This document shows, in pieces, positions 17,935-25,704 of a stretch of 57,594 nt of DNA. The position numbers were made by a program, and so were the translations under genes. The stretch comes from Armatimonadota bacterium (GTDB lineage Bacteria > Armatimonadota > UBA10988): assembly GCA_016235455.1 (NCBI GenBank), contig JACRKZ010000047.1, positions 1-57,594 of the forward strand, in the 5' to 3' direction. The notes below the pieces were generated by a model. It had not been told where the DNA came from and searched no databases. It saw only the letters and a list, made by a program, of their open reading frames with translations. Every line of letters begins with the position of its first letter. The stretch's first letter is position 1.

Positions 17935-18960
17935 GTGCCGCGCTCCAAGCCAACTATCCAAGATGTCGCCCGCCGTTGCGGGGTCGCTCCCATCACCGTG
18001 TCGCGAGTCATCAACAACTCCGGCTACGTGGCCACCGAGGTGCGCGAACGCGTGCAGCAGGCCATCCGGGACTTGGGCTATGTGCCCAACACCCTGGCCC
18101 GCAGCCTGCGCTCCAGCCGCACCAACACCATCGCGTTGGTGCTCACCGATGTCACCAACCCGTTCTTCACCACGGTGGTGCGCGGCGCGGAAGATGCCGC
18201 CAGCGAACATGGCTACATGCTCATCATCGCCAACACCGACGAGCATGAGGACAAAGAGCACCGCTACGTGCAGATGCTGCTCCAGCATCGCGTCGACGGC
18301 ATCCTCTTGGTGCCCGCCCGCGGCGCGGCGGAATCGGCCCGGCTCATCCAGCAGCAGCAGACCCCGCTGGTCATCATGGACCGCCGCGCGGTCGGCACGC
18401 GGGCCGACACCGTCTGCGGCGACAGCCTCGGCGGCGCCCGCCAACTGGGCGAACTGGTGGCCAGCCTGGGCCACAACCATGTCGCCATCCTGGCCGGGCC
18501 CGAGGCCGTGTCCACCTCCGACGACCGCATCCTCGGCTTCCAACAAGGCTTCCAGAACCTGCGGCCCAACGGCGTCTGCGCCGTCTACCACGGCCTGTTC
18601 AACCAGGACTCGGGGCGCAGCCTGACCCGCCAGGCCCTGGCCGCGCACCCGCGACCCACGGCCCTGTTCGGCTGCAACAACTTCATGACCATCGGCGCCC
18701 TGCGTGGCCTGCGCGATGCCAACCTGAACGTCCCGGAGCAGGTCACCCTGGTCGGCTTCGACGATCTGCCCGACTCCATCGTGACCTTCCCCTTCCTCAC
18801 CGTCGCCGCCCAGCCCGCCTACGAGATGGGCCGCCGCTCGGTCGAACTGCTCCTGGACCGCATCAAGAACAGCGTCACCGATCCCGACCCGCCCATCGAA
18901 CTGCTGCTGCCCGTCGACCTCATCGTCCGTGCTTCCAGCGGGCCAGCCCCCCATGGCTAG
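17935..18960 (+). CDS. LacI-family transcriptional regulator
   Basis: TIQDVARRCGVAPITVSRVIN HTH, LGYVPNTLARSL hinge, NPFF, VGFDD. GTG 17935. Confidence 0.96.
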   Translation: MPRSKPTIQDVARRCGVAPITVSRVINNSGYVATEVRERVQQAIRDLGYVPNTLARSLRSSRTNTIALVLTDVTNPFFTTVVRGAEDAASEHGYMLIIANTDEHEDKEHRYVQMLLQHRVDGILLVPARGAAESARLIQQQQTPLVIMDRRAVGTRADTVCGDSLGGARQLGELVASLGHNHVAILAGPEAVSTSDDRILGFQQGFQNLRPNGVCAVYHGLFNQDSGRSLTRQALAAHPRPTALFGCNNFMTIGALRGLRDANLNVPEQVTLVGFDDLPDSIVTFPFLTVAAQPAYEMGRRSVELLLDRIKNSVTDPDPPIELLLPVDLIVRASSGPAPHG

Positions 18961-18979
18961 GGTCTTTCCCTTCAACCTC

Positions 18980-19019
18980 TTGCATCGCTTCCGGGACCAT
19001 GGTATGGTATCGCTACCAT
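18980..19019 (+). promoter_or_regulatory. Promoter with overlapping LacI-type operator
   Basis: TTGCAT 18980-18985, 17 nt, TATGGT 19003-19008. CG-centred palindrome ATGGTATCGCTACCAT at 19004-19019. Confidence 0.8.
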
Positions 19020-19055
19020 CAGGGCAGATGGACAGGATTCACGGGAGGTATAAGG

Positions 19056-20102
19056 ATGAATGGGACGACACGACCGCGTGTTGAGCGGGACTTGCGCAGC
19101 GACGATCTGATTGTCGTCGCCGGTGCCGGCGGGTTCATCGGCGGTTCGCTGGTGCGGTATTTCGCCGAGCAGGGCTACACCAACCTCCGCGCCATCGACC
19201 GCAAGCCGTTGCCGGAGTGGTACCAGCGGGTGCCGGGCGCCGAGAGCCTGTGCCTGGACCTGAGCGAGAAGGAAAGCGCCATCGCCGCCGTGCAGGGCGC
19301 CGTCGAGGTCTACAACCTGGCAGCCGACATGGGCGGCATGGGCTTCATCGAGCGGTTCCGCGTCGAGTGCCTGCGCAGCATTCTGGTCAACACGCACCTG
19401 ATCGAGGCGGCCTACCGGGCCGGCGCGCGGCGCTACTTCTTCTCGTCGTCGGCGTGTGCCTACAACACCGACCTGCAGAAGGACCCGCAGGTGCGCGCCC
19501 TCAAGGAGAGCGACGCCTATCCCGCCATGGCCGAACGCGGCTACGGTTGGGAGAAGCTGATGTCCGAGATGTTCTGCCAGGAGTATTGGGCGGAGCGCGG
19601 GCTGGAGACGCACATCGCCCGCTTCCACAACATCTACGGGCCCCACGGCACCTGGTTCGGCGGCCGCGAGAAGGCGCCGGCGGCCATGTGCCGCAAGGTG
19701 CTCGAAGCCCAGGACACCGGCGACTTCCGCATCGAGATCTGGGGCGACGGCACGCAGACCCGCAGCTTCTGCTTCATCGACGACTGCACGTACGGCATCG
19801 ACCGCATCATGCACTGCGACGAACTGATCGCCACACCGATCAACCTCGGCTCCTCCGAGCTGATCAGCATCAACGACCTGGTCAGCATGGTCGAGAGCAT
19901 CGCCGGCGTGGAGCTCGAGCGCAGCTACGACCTGGACGCGCCCAAGGGCGTGGCCGGCCGCAACAGCGACAACACCTTCATCCAGCAGGTGCTCGGCTGG
20001 GAGCCCAGCACGAGCCTGCGCGAGGGTATGGAGAAGACCTACGCCTGGATCGGGCAGCAGTATGCCGACCGCAAGGCCGGCCGACGCGTGGTGACCGACT
20101 GA
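19056..20102 (+). CDS. GDP-mannose 3,5-epimerase-like SDR epimerase
   Basis: GAGGFIG, NLAADMGGMGFI, SSACAY, YGWEK, RFHNIYGPHGTWFGGREKAPAAMCRK, WGDGTQTRSFCFIDDC, GVAGRNSDN are all GME-subfamily signatures. Confidence 0.88.
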   Translation: MNGTTRPRVERDLRSDDLIVVAGAGGFIGGSLVRYFAEQGYTNLRAIDRKPLPEWYQRVPGAESLCLDLSEKESAIAAVQGAVEVYNLAADMGGMGFIERFRVECLRSILVNTHLIEAAYRAGARRYFFSSSACAYNTDLQKDPQVRALKESDAYPAMAERGYGWEKLMSEMFCQEYWAERGLETHIARFHNIYGPHGTWFGGREKAPAAMCRKVLEAQDTGDFRIEIWGDGTQTRSFCFIDDCTYGIDRIMHCDELIATPINLGSSELISINDLVSMVESIAGVELERSYDLDAPKGVAGRNSDNTFIQQVLGWEPSTSLREGMEKTYAWIGQQYADRKAGRRVVTD

Positions 20103-20122
20103 CGTAGCCGCGGGAGCTGAGC

Positions 20123-20896
20123 ATGGAGTTGACCTCGGTCATCGGCCGGATCCCCTATCGCATGGCGCTGGCCGGCGGCTGGATTGACCAGCCGTTTGTC
20201 TCGGAGCTGAACCCCACACCGCCGGGCTCGATGGTGGTGGTCGGTCTCCAGCCCACCGTGCGGTACATGGAGCGTTGCGGCATGGCCACCGGCACGCGCA
20301 ACATCGCCTGGCGCGTGTGGGGCGAGCTGCCCGACCGCGATCCGGCCGAGGTCACGCGCGAGCTGTACCGGCTGGAGAACGAGGGCCGGCCCGAGCCGTC
20401 GGGTTCGCAGGACATGATCGGCCTGATCTACCCCGGCGTCTGCCGCCTGGACTACGACGCGAGCATCGAAGGCGGCTACTTCCCGAGCCATATCGAGTGC
20501 TGCCGCGACGAGGCCGTGGCGCGGTGGATTGAGGACGTCTTCTACCTCATTCCGGTGTGCCCACGGCCTGACGGCTACGGACCGTTGGGCATCAAGAACC
20601 TCGACGTCGAGTGGGTGCGACGACTGGGCCAGTCGGGCCGCGACTGCTACGACGGGATCGTGAACCGCGATATCGCCCGGCTGGGCGCCTCGATGAACGA
20701 GTGCATGGCCTGCTGGGCAGCGCTGCTGCCGCACGTTGTGCGCCATCCCACGCTGACCGTCGACATCGTGGCGCTGCTCGAGTGGTACCAGCAGCGCTAC
20801 CCGGGCGCCATGTACTCGGGCTGCGGCGGCGGCTACCTGTTCGTCGTCTCCGAGACGCCGGTGCCCGGTGGCGCCAAGGTCCAGGTCCGTCGCTGA
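20123..20896 (+). CDS. GHMP-superfamily sugar kinase-like protein
   Basis: PYRMALAGGWID (motif I of HddA/fucokinase type), SGSQD and SGCGGGYL (motif III). Compact, with a divergent motif II (CGMATGT). Confidence 0.7.
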   Translation: MELTSVIGRIPYRMALAGGWIDQPFVSELNPTPPGSMVVVGLQPTVRYMERCGMATGTRNIAWRVWGELPDRDPAEVTRELYRLENEGRPEPSGSQDMIGLIYPGVCRLDYDASIEGGYFPSHIECCRDEAVARWIEDVFYLIPVCPRPDGYGPLGIKNLDVEWVRRLGQSGRDCYDGIVNRDIARLGASMNECMACWAALLPHVVRHPTLTVDIVALLEWYQQRYPGAMYSGCGGGYLFVVSETPVPGGAKVQVRR

Positions 20897-20909
20897 CGGG
20901 AGGTACGTC

Positions 20910-21731
20910 GTGAACGTGGTTGTCCAGGGCCGGTTCGACGGCTTCGCCTCGCTCTGGGTCCGCTGGCTGCAGGAGGCGTCGCACCTGGGCCGGCTGCATG
21001 TGCTGCTATGGTCCGACGATTTGGTCGAGCAGCTCACCGGCGCTCGGCCCAAGTTCCCCACCGCCGAGCGGCTCTACAGCCTGCGCTCGCTGCGCTGCGT
21101 CGACCAGGTCACCGTGGTCGACGAGCAGGCCAGCGCCGACGCCCTGCCGAGCGCGGCGGACCGGCCCGACATCTGGGTCGTCTGCGATCGGCAGATCAAC
21201 GACGCCAAGCGTGCCTGGTGCGCAGCCCAGGGCATCGAACTGCGGCACATCACCGACGCCGACCTGGCCGGCTTCCCCGAGTGGCCTGTCCAGCCGCCGT
21301 CGGCGCAGGCGCCACCGGCGCAGCGAAAGGTGCTGGTGACGGGCTGCTACGACTGGTTCCACTCAGGCCATGTGCGCTTCTTCGAGGAGGCGGCCGAGCA
21401 TGGCGAGTTGTACGTGGTGGTCGGTCACGACGCCAACGTGCGGCTGCTCAAGGGCGAGGGCCATCCCATGTTCCCCGAGGCAGAGCGTCGCTATCTGGCC
21501 GGCGCGGTGCGCTATGTGCACCAGGCGCTGGTCAGCACCGGCCACGGCTGGATGGATGCCGAGCCGGAGATCAAGCGGCTTGGCATCGACATCTACCTGG
21601 TCAACGAGGATGGCGACAAGCCCGAGAAGCGCGCCTTCGCGGACGAGCACGGACTGAACTACGTGGTGCTCCGGCGGCTGCCCAAGGCCGGGCTGCCGGC
21701 CCGGCAGAGCACGGATCTGCGCGGCTATTAG
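20910..21731 (+). CDS. Nucleotidyltransferase with two tandem cytidylyltransferase-like domains
   Basis: C-terminal domain VTGCYDWFHSGHVRFF (HxGH), VVVGHD..V..LKG...P.F...ER. N-terminal copy is degenerate (QGRFDGFASLWVRWL...P.F..AER). GTG 20910 follows GGAGG. Confidence 0.8.
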   Translation: MNVVVQGRFDGFASLWVRWLQEASHLGRLHVLLWSDDLVEQLTGARPKFPTAERLYSLRSLRCVDQVTVVDEQASADALPSAADRPDIWVVCDRQINDAKRAWCAAQGIELRHITDADLAGFPEWPVQPPSAQAPPAQRKVLVTGCYDWFHSGHVRFFEEAAEHGELYVVVGHDANVRLLKGEGHPMFPEAERRYLAGAVRYVHQALVSTGHGWMDAEPEIKRLGIDIYLVNEDGDKPEKRAFADEHGLNYVVLRRLPKAGLPARQSTDLRGY

Positions 21732-21740
21732 GAGACCGTC

Positions 21741-22136
21741 ATGCTGCAGCACGGCATCATCAACCCTGGCATTCTGTCGTTGCTGGCGCGCGTGCGCCAC
21801 ACCAACGCCCTGGTCATCTCCGACCGTGGCTTCCCCTACTGGCCGATGATCGAGACCATCGACATCTCGCTGGTGGACGGCATCCCCACTGTGGCGCAGG
21901 TGCTCGCGGCGCTGCGCGGCAACTTCGATGTGGTGGAGGCCTACATGGCCGAGGAGTTCCGCCTGGAGAACTCGACAACCACGCAGGGCCGGTTCGCCGA
22001 CGCGCTGGCCGTGCCGATCACCTTCGAGCCGCACCTCGACCTCAAGAAGCGCGTGCCGGAGGCCATCGGCCTGATCCGCACGGGTGATACGACGCAGTAC
22101 GCGAACATCGTGCTCTACTCGGGCCGGCCCGAGTAG
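21741..22136 (+). CDS. RbsD/FucU-family sugar mutarotase/pyranase
   Basis: MLQHGIINP.I...LA...HT..LVISD.GFP, IDISLVDGIPT, HLDLK, IRTGDTTQYANI. Confidence 0.88.
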   Translation: MLQHGIINPGILSLLARVRHTNALVISDRGFPYWPMIETIDISLVDGIPTVAQVLAALRGNFDVVEAYMAEEFRLENSTTTQGRFADALAVPITFEPHLDLKKRVPEAIGLIRTGDTTQYANIVLYSGRPE

Positions 22137-22159
22137 CGGCCAACCGTGGGAGAGACGCC

Positions 22160-23128
22160 ATGGGCGAGCAACTCGGTCGCGCGGAGTGGATGTCCGGTCG
22201 CTGGGGCCTGATGGTCCATTGGATCCCACCTGGCCCGGCGCGCGAGCAGGGGCCGTGGGTCGCGGATCTGGACGCGGCGGTCGATGCGTTCGATCTGGAC
22301 CGGTTCATGGGCCAGTTCGCCGCCACGGGCGCCGACTGGCTGGTCTTCACCATCGGCCAGAACAGCGCCTGCTACTGCAGCCCCAACCGCGTGCTCGACC
22401 GGCTCTGCGGGCCGGGCCATGCGTCGCGTCGCGACCTTATCAGCGAGCTGGCCGACGCGGTCACCGGGCTGGGCAAGCGTTTCATCGCCTACCTGCCGGC
22501 CGAGACCAAGGCGCCGACGTCGTTGCACGCGGGCTTCGCCTGGAAGCCGTCCGACCAGCGCGAGTTCGAGCAGCGCTACTGCGCGTTCATCGCCGAATAT
22601 GCCGAGCGACTGGGCAGCCGGCTGGCGGGCTGGTGGTTCGACGGCTGCTACACCTGGCCCGACTTTCACAACGATGTCCGCGATTGGGCGCTGTGGGCCA
22701 AGGCCGCCCGCGCGGGCAACCCCGACGCGGCGCTGGCCTTCAACGACGGCTCGCTCTGCTGCGGCATCGGACAGCCGCTGACCCCGCATCAGGACTATCT
22801 GGCCGGCGAGATTGAACTACTGCGCGATGGACGCCTGCGCTATGGCCGCGAGGACAACTCGCCGTTCGTCCTGCCGACGGCCAAGTACTTGGAGGGCACC
22901 GACTGCCTGTGGCACGGGCTGGTGCCCATCGACTGCTTCTGGGGGCATGACCAGCCGGGCCCCATGGAGCCGCCACGCTACAGCGACGAGTGCCTGACCG
23001 CGTTCGTGCGCAGCTGCACGCGCGTGGGTGGCGCGGTCACGCTCAACGTGGGCATCTACCAGGAAGGCCATCTGGCCGACGCCACGGTGGCGCAGGTGCG
23101 CACCATGGTCAGCGCCCTGACCGGATAG
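22160..23128 (+). CDS. Divergent GH29-like glycosidase, catalytic domain only, no signal peptide
   Basis: WGLMVHW, GADWLVFT, RRDLISELADAV, nucleophile motif GWWFDG, TLNVG. Confidence 0.65.
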   Translation: MGEQLGRAEWMSGRWGLMVHWIPPGPAREQGPWVADLDAAVDAFDLDRFMGQFAATGADWLVFTIGQNSACYCSPNRVLDRLCGPGHASRRDLISELADAVTGLGKRFIAYLPAETKAPTSLHAGFAWKPSDQREFEQRYCAFIAEYAERLGSRLAGWWFDGCYTWPDFHNDVRDWALWAKAARAGNPDAALAFNDGSLCCGIGQPLTPHQDYLAGEIELLRDGRLRYGREDNSPFVLPTAKYLEGTDCLWHGLVPIDCFWGHDQPGPMEPPRYSDECLTAFVRSCTRVGGAVTLNVGIYQEGHLADATVAQVRTMVSALTG

Positions 23129-23140
23129 AGGAGACCCAAC

Positions 23141-24235
23141 GTGCGCCATTGCGTCATCATGGCCGGGGGCTCGGGCACGCGACTGTGGCCCATGAGCCGC
23201 GCTCAGCAGCCGAAGCAACTGATCCCGTTCATCGCCGGCCGCAGCCTGCTGCAACTGGCCGTGGGCCGGCTGGACGGGCTGGTGCCGCTGGCCCAGCAGC
23301 ACATCTGCGCCGCCGAGGGCTACCGCGAGCAGATCCTGGGGGCGCTGCCCGGCTACGGACCCGCCAACTGGATGGGCGAGCCCATGGGTCGCGACACCTT
23401 GGCCGCGGTAGGACTGAGCGCCGCCGTGGTGGCGACAATCGACCCTGACGCCAGCATCGCCGTGCTCACCGCCGACCACATCATCGAGCCCGTCGACACC
23501 TTCCAGGCGCTGCTGACCCAGGCCTTTGAACTGGTGGAGCAGGCGCCCAATACGCTGGCCACGTTCGGCGTGGCCCCCACCGGCCCGGCCACCGGCTATG
23601 GCTACCTCGAACTCGGCGAGCCGCTGGCCGGCGCGGCGCGCGTGGTGCGACAGTTCCGCGAGAAGCCCGACCTGGCCACCGCCGAGGCCTGGGTGGCCGC
23701 CGGCCCCGAGGCCTATCTGTGGAACAGCGGCACCTTTGTCTGGCGCGCGGCAACGCTGCTGGACTGCGTGGCGCGCTACGAGCCGGAGACCTACGCCGGG
23801 CTGATGCGCATCGCCGAGGCGTGGCACACCGAGCAGCGTGCCGCGGTGTTGGCCGAGGTCTACCCGGCCCTGCGCAAGATCAGCATCGATTTTGCCGTCA
23901 TGGAGCCTGCCTCACATGACGCGGCGGTGCGTGTGGCGGCCATCCCGATGGTCCTCGACTGGCTCGACGTAGGCAGTTGGCCCACCTTCGCCAAGACGCT
24001 GCAGCCCGACGCTGAGGGGAACACCGTGGCCGGCGCGCGGACCGTGCTGCACAACACGCACGGCTCGTTGGTGGCCTCGAGCGACCCGAACCACGTGGTG
24101 GCACTGCTTGGCTGCGACGACCTGATTGTCATTCACACCCCCGACGCCACGCTGGTCTGCCGCGCAGACCAGGCCGAAGCCATCAAGGAGGTGCACCGCC
24201 GGGTGGGTCACGCCCACGGTCAGCACCTGCTCTAG
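23141..24235 (+). CDS. manC: Mannose-1-phosphate guanylyltransferase (no PMI cupin domain)
   Basis: VIMAGGSGTRLWPMSR...PKQ, EPMGRDT, ADH, TGYGY, FREKPD, WNSG.F, ISIDFAVME, WLDVGSW. Confidence 0.9.
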   Translation: MRHCVIMAGGSGTRLWPMSRAQQPKQLIPFIAGRSLLQLAVGRLDGLVPLAQQHICAAEGYREQILGALPGYGPANWMGEPMGRDTLAAVGLSAAVVATIDPDASIAVLTADHIIEPVDTFQALLTQAFELVEQAPNTLATFGVAPTGPATGYGYLELGEPLAGAARVVRQFREKPDLATAEAWVAAGPEAYLWNSGTFVWRAATLLDCVARYEPETYAGLMRIAEAWHTEQRAAVLAEVYPALRKISIDFAVMEPASHDAAVRVAAIPMVLDWLDVGSWPTFAKTLQPDAEGNTVAGARTVLHNTHGSLVASSDPNHVVALLGCDDLIVIHTPDATLVCRADQAEAIKEVHRRVGHAHGQHLL

Positions 24236-24267
24236 CCTTTGTTCGACGAGACACGAGGAGATCGTTC

Positions 24268-25704
24268 ATGAGCAGCACGGTTCCGATCGCCGCTGGCCCG
24301 TTCGAGGCCAGTTGGGACTCTCTGCGTGGGTATCAATGTCCCGAGTGGTTCCGCGACGCCAAGTTCGGCATCTGGGCCCACTGGGGGCCGCAGTGCGTGC
24401 CCATGGTGGGTGACTGGTATGCCCGCCACATGTACGTGCCCGGCCATCCGCAGTATGACCATCACTGCCGCGTCTATGGCCACCCCAGCAAGTTCGGTTA
24501 CAAAGACATCATCGAGCTGTGGAAAGCCGAGCAGTTCGACCCCGAAGGGCTCATGGATCTGTACCAGAGGGCTGGTGCCACCTACTTCGTGGCTCAGGCG
24601 GTACACCACGACAACTTCGACAACTGGGATTCGAAGCATCATCGCTGGAACTCGGTCAACTGCGGGCCGCGGCGCAACATCACGCGCCTGTGGCAGGATG
24701 CCGCCGCCCGGCGCGGCATGAAGTTCGGCGTCAGCGAGCATCTCGGCGCGTCGTACTCGTGGTGGCGACAGAACAAGCTGTCCGATCCCGACGGCCTGCA
24801 CAAGGGTGTGCCCTACGACGCCTCAGACCCGCAGTGGGCTGATCTCTATCACGACAATGCCGACGAACCCGGCAACGCCGGCTGGTACACCGCCACCGAG
24901 CGCTGGCACCCGCGCTGGCTGGCGCGCATGATGGATTTGGTCGACCAGCACCAGCCCGATCTGCTCTACAGCGATGGCGGTGTGCCGTTCGGCCAGTACG
25001 GTCTGGACCTGATCGCCCACCTCTACAACACGAGCGTCAAGTTGCATGGCAGCAACCAGGCGGTCTACAACCAGAAGGACACCAACCCCGAGGTGTACAG
25101 CGTCGGCGTGCTGGATATCGAGCGCGGCCAGCTCAAGGAAGCCGCCAAGGAGCCCTGGCAGACCGACACGTGCGTGGGTGGCTGGTACTTCGACAGTCGG
25201 CAGAAGTACAAGACGCCGACCCATGTCATTCAGATGCTGGTGGACAACGTGGCCAAGAACGGCAATCTGCTGCTCAACCTGACGCAGATGCCCGACGGCC
25301 ACCTGGACGACCAGTGTCTGTTCATCCTCGAGAAACTCGCGGCGTGGTTCGCGGCCAATGGTGAGGGCATCTACGGCACGCGGCCGTGGGTCAAGGTCGG
25401 CGAAGGTACGGCCCAGGCTGAGGGTGGCGCGTTCAAGGAGAATCCCATCCCCTACACGTCCGAGGACTTCCGCTTCACGGCGAAGGGCGACACCGTCTAC
25501 GCCTTCGCCATGAAGTACCCGGATACCCGGCAACTCGCGGTGCGGTCGCTGGCCAAGGACCAGGGCTGCACGATCCAGGCCGTGAAGCTGCTGGGCTGCG
25601 ATGCGGACATCGTCTGGGAGCAGGCCGACCGCGCCCTGGTGGCGCGCCTCCCCGAGGCCATGGTGGCGCCGTGCGTGCCGTGTCTGGCGGTCACGCTGGC
25701 GTAG
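24268..25704 (+). CDS. GH29 alpha-L-fucosidase-family glycosidase, no signal peptide
   Basis: PEWFRDAKFGIWAHWG, AVHHDNFDNWDS, PDLLYSDG, DIERG, KNGNLLLN, NGEGIYGTRPW. Confidence 0.92.
   Translation: MSSTVPIAAGPFEASWDSLRGYQCPEWFRDAKFGIWAHWGPQCVPMVGDWYARHMYVPGHPQYDHHCRVYGHPSKFGYKDIIELWKAEQFDPEGLMDLYQRAGATYFVAQAVHHDNFDNWDSKHHRWNSVNCGPRRNITRLWQDAAARRGMKFGVSEHLGASYSWWRQNKLSDPDGLHKGVPYDASDPQWADLYHDNADEPGNAGWYTATERWHPRWLARMMDLVDQHQPDLLYSDGGVPFGQYGLDLIAHLYNTSVKLHGSNQAVYNQKDTNPEVYSVGVLDIERGQLKEAAKEPWQTDTCVGGWYFDSRQKYKTPTHVIQMLVDNVAKNGNLLLNLTQMPDGHLDDQCLFILEKLAAWFAANGEGIYGTRPWVKVGEGTAQAEGGAFKENPIPYTSEDFRFTAKGDTVYAFAMKYPDTRQLAVRSLAKDQGCTIQAVKLLGCDADIVWEQADRALVARLPEAMVAPCVPCLAVTLA

Noticed and set aside
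19056-24235. GDP-heptose, O-antigen or capsule biosynthesis cluster
   Set aside because: No GmhA/GmhB, Gmd, glycosyltransferase or export gene is in the operon, which instead has glycosidases, a mutarotase and a LacI operator. Down-weighted rather than excluded.
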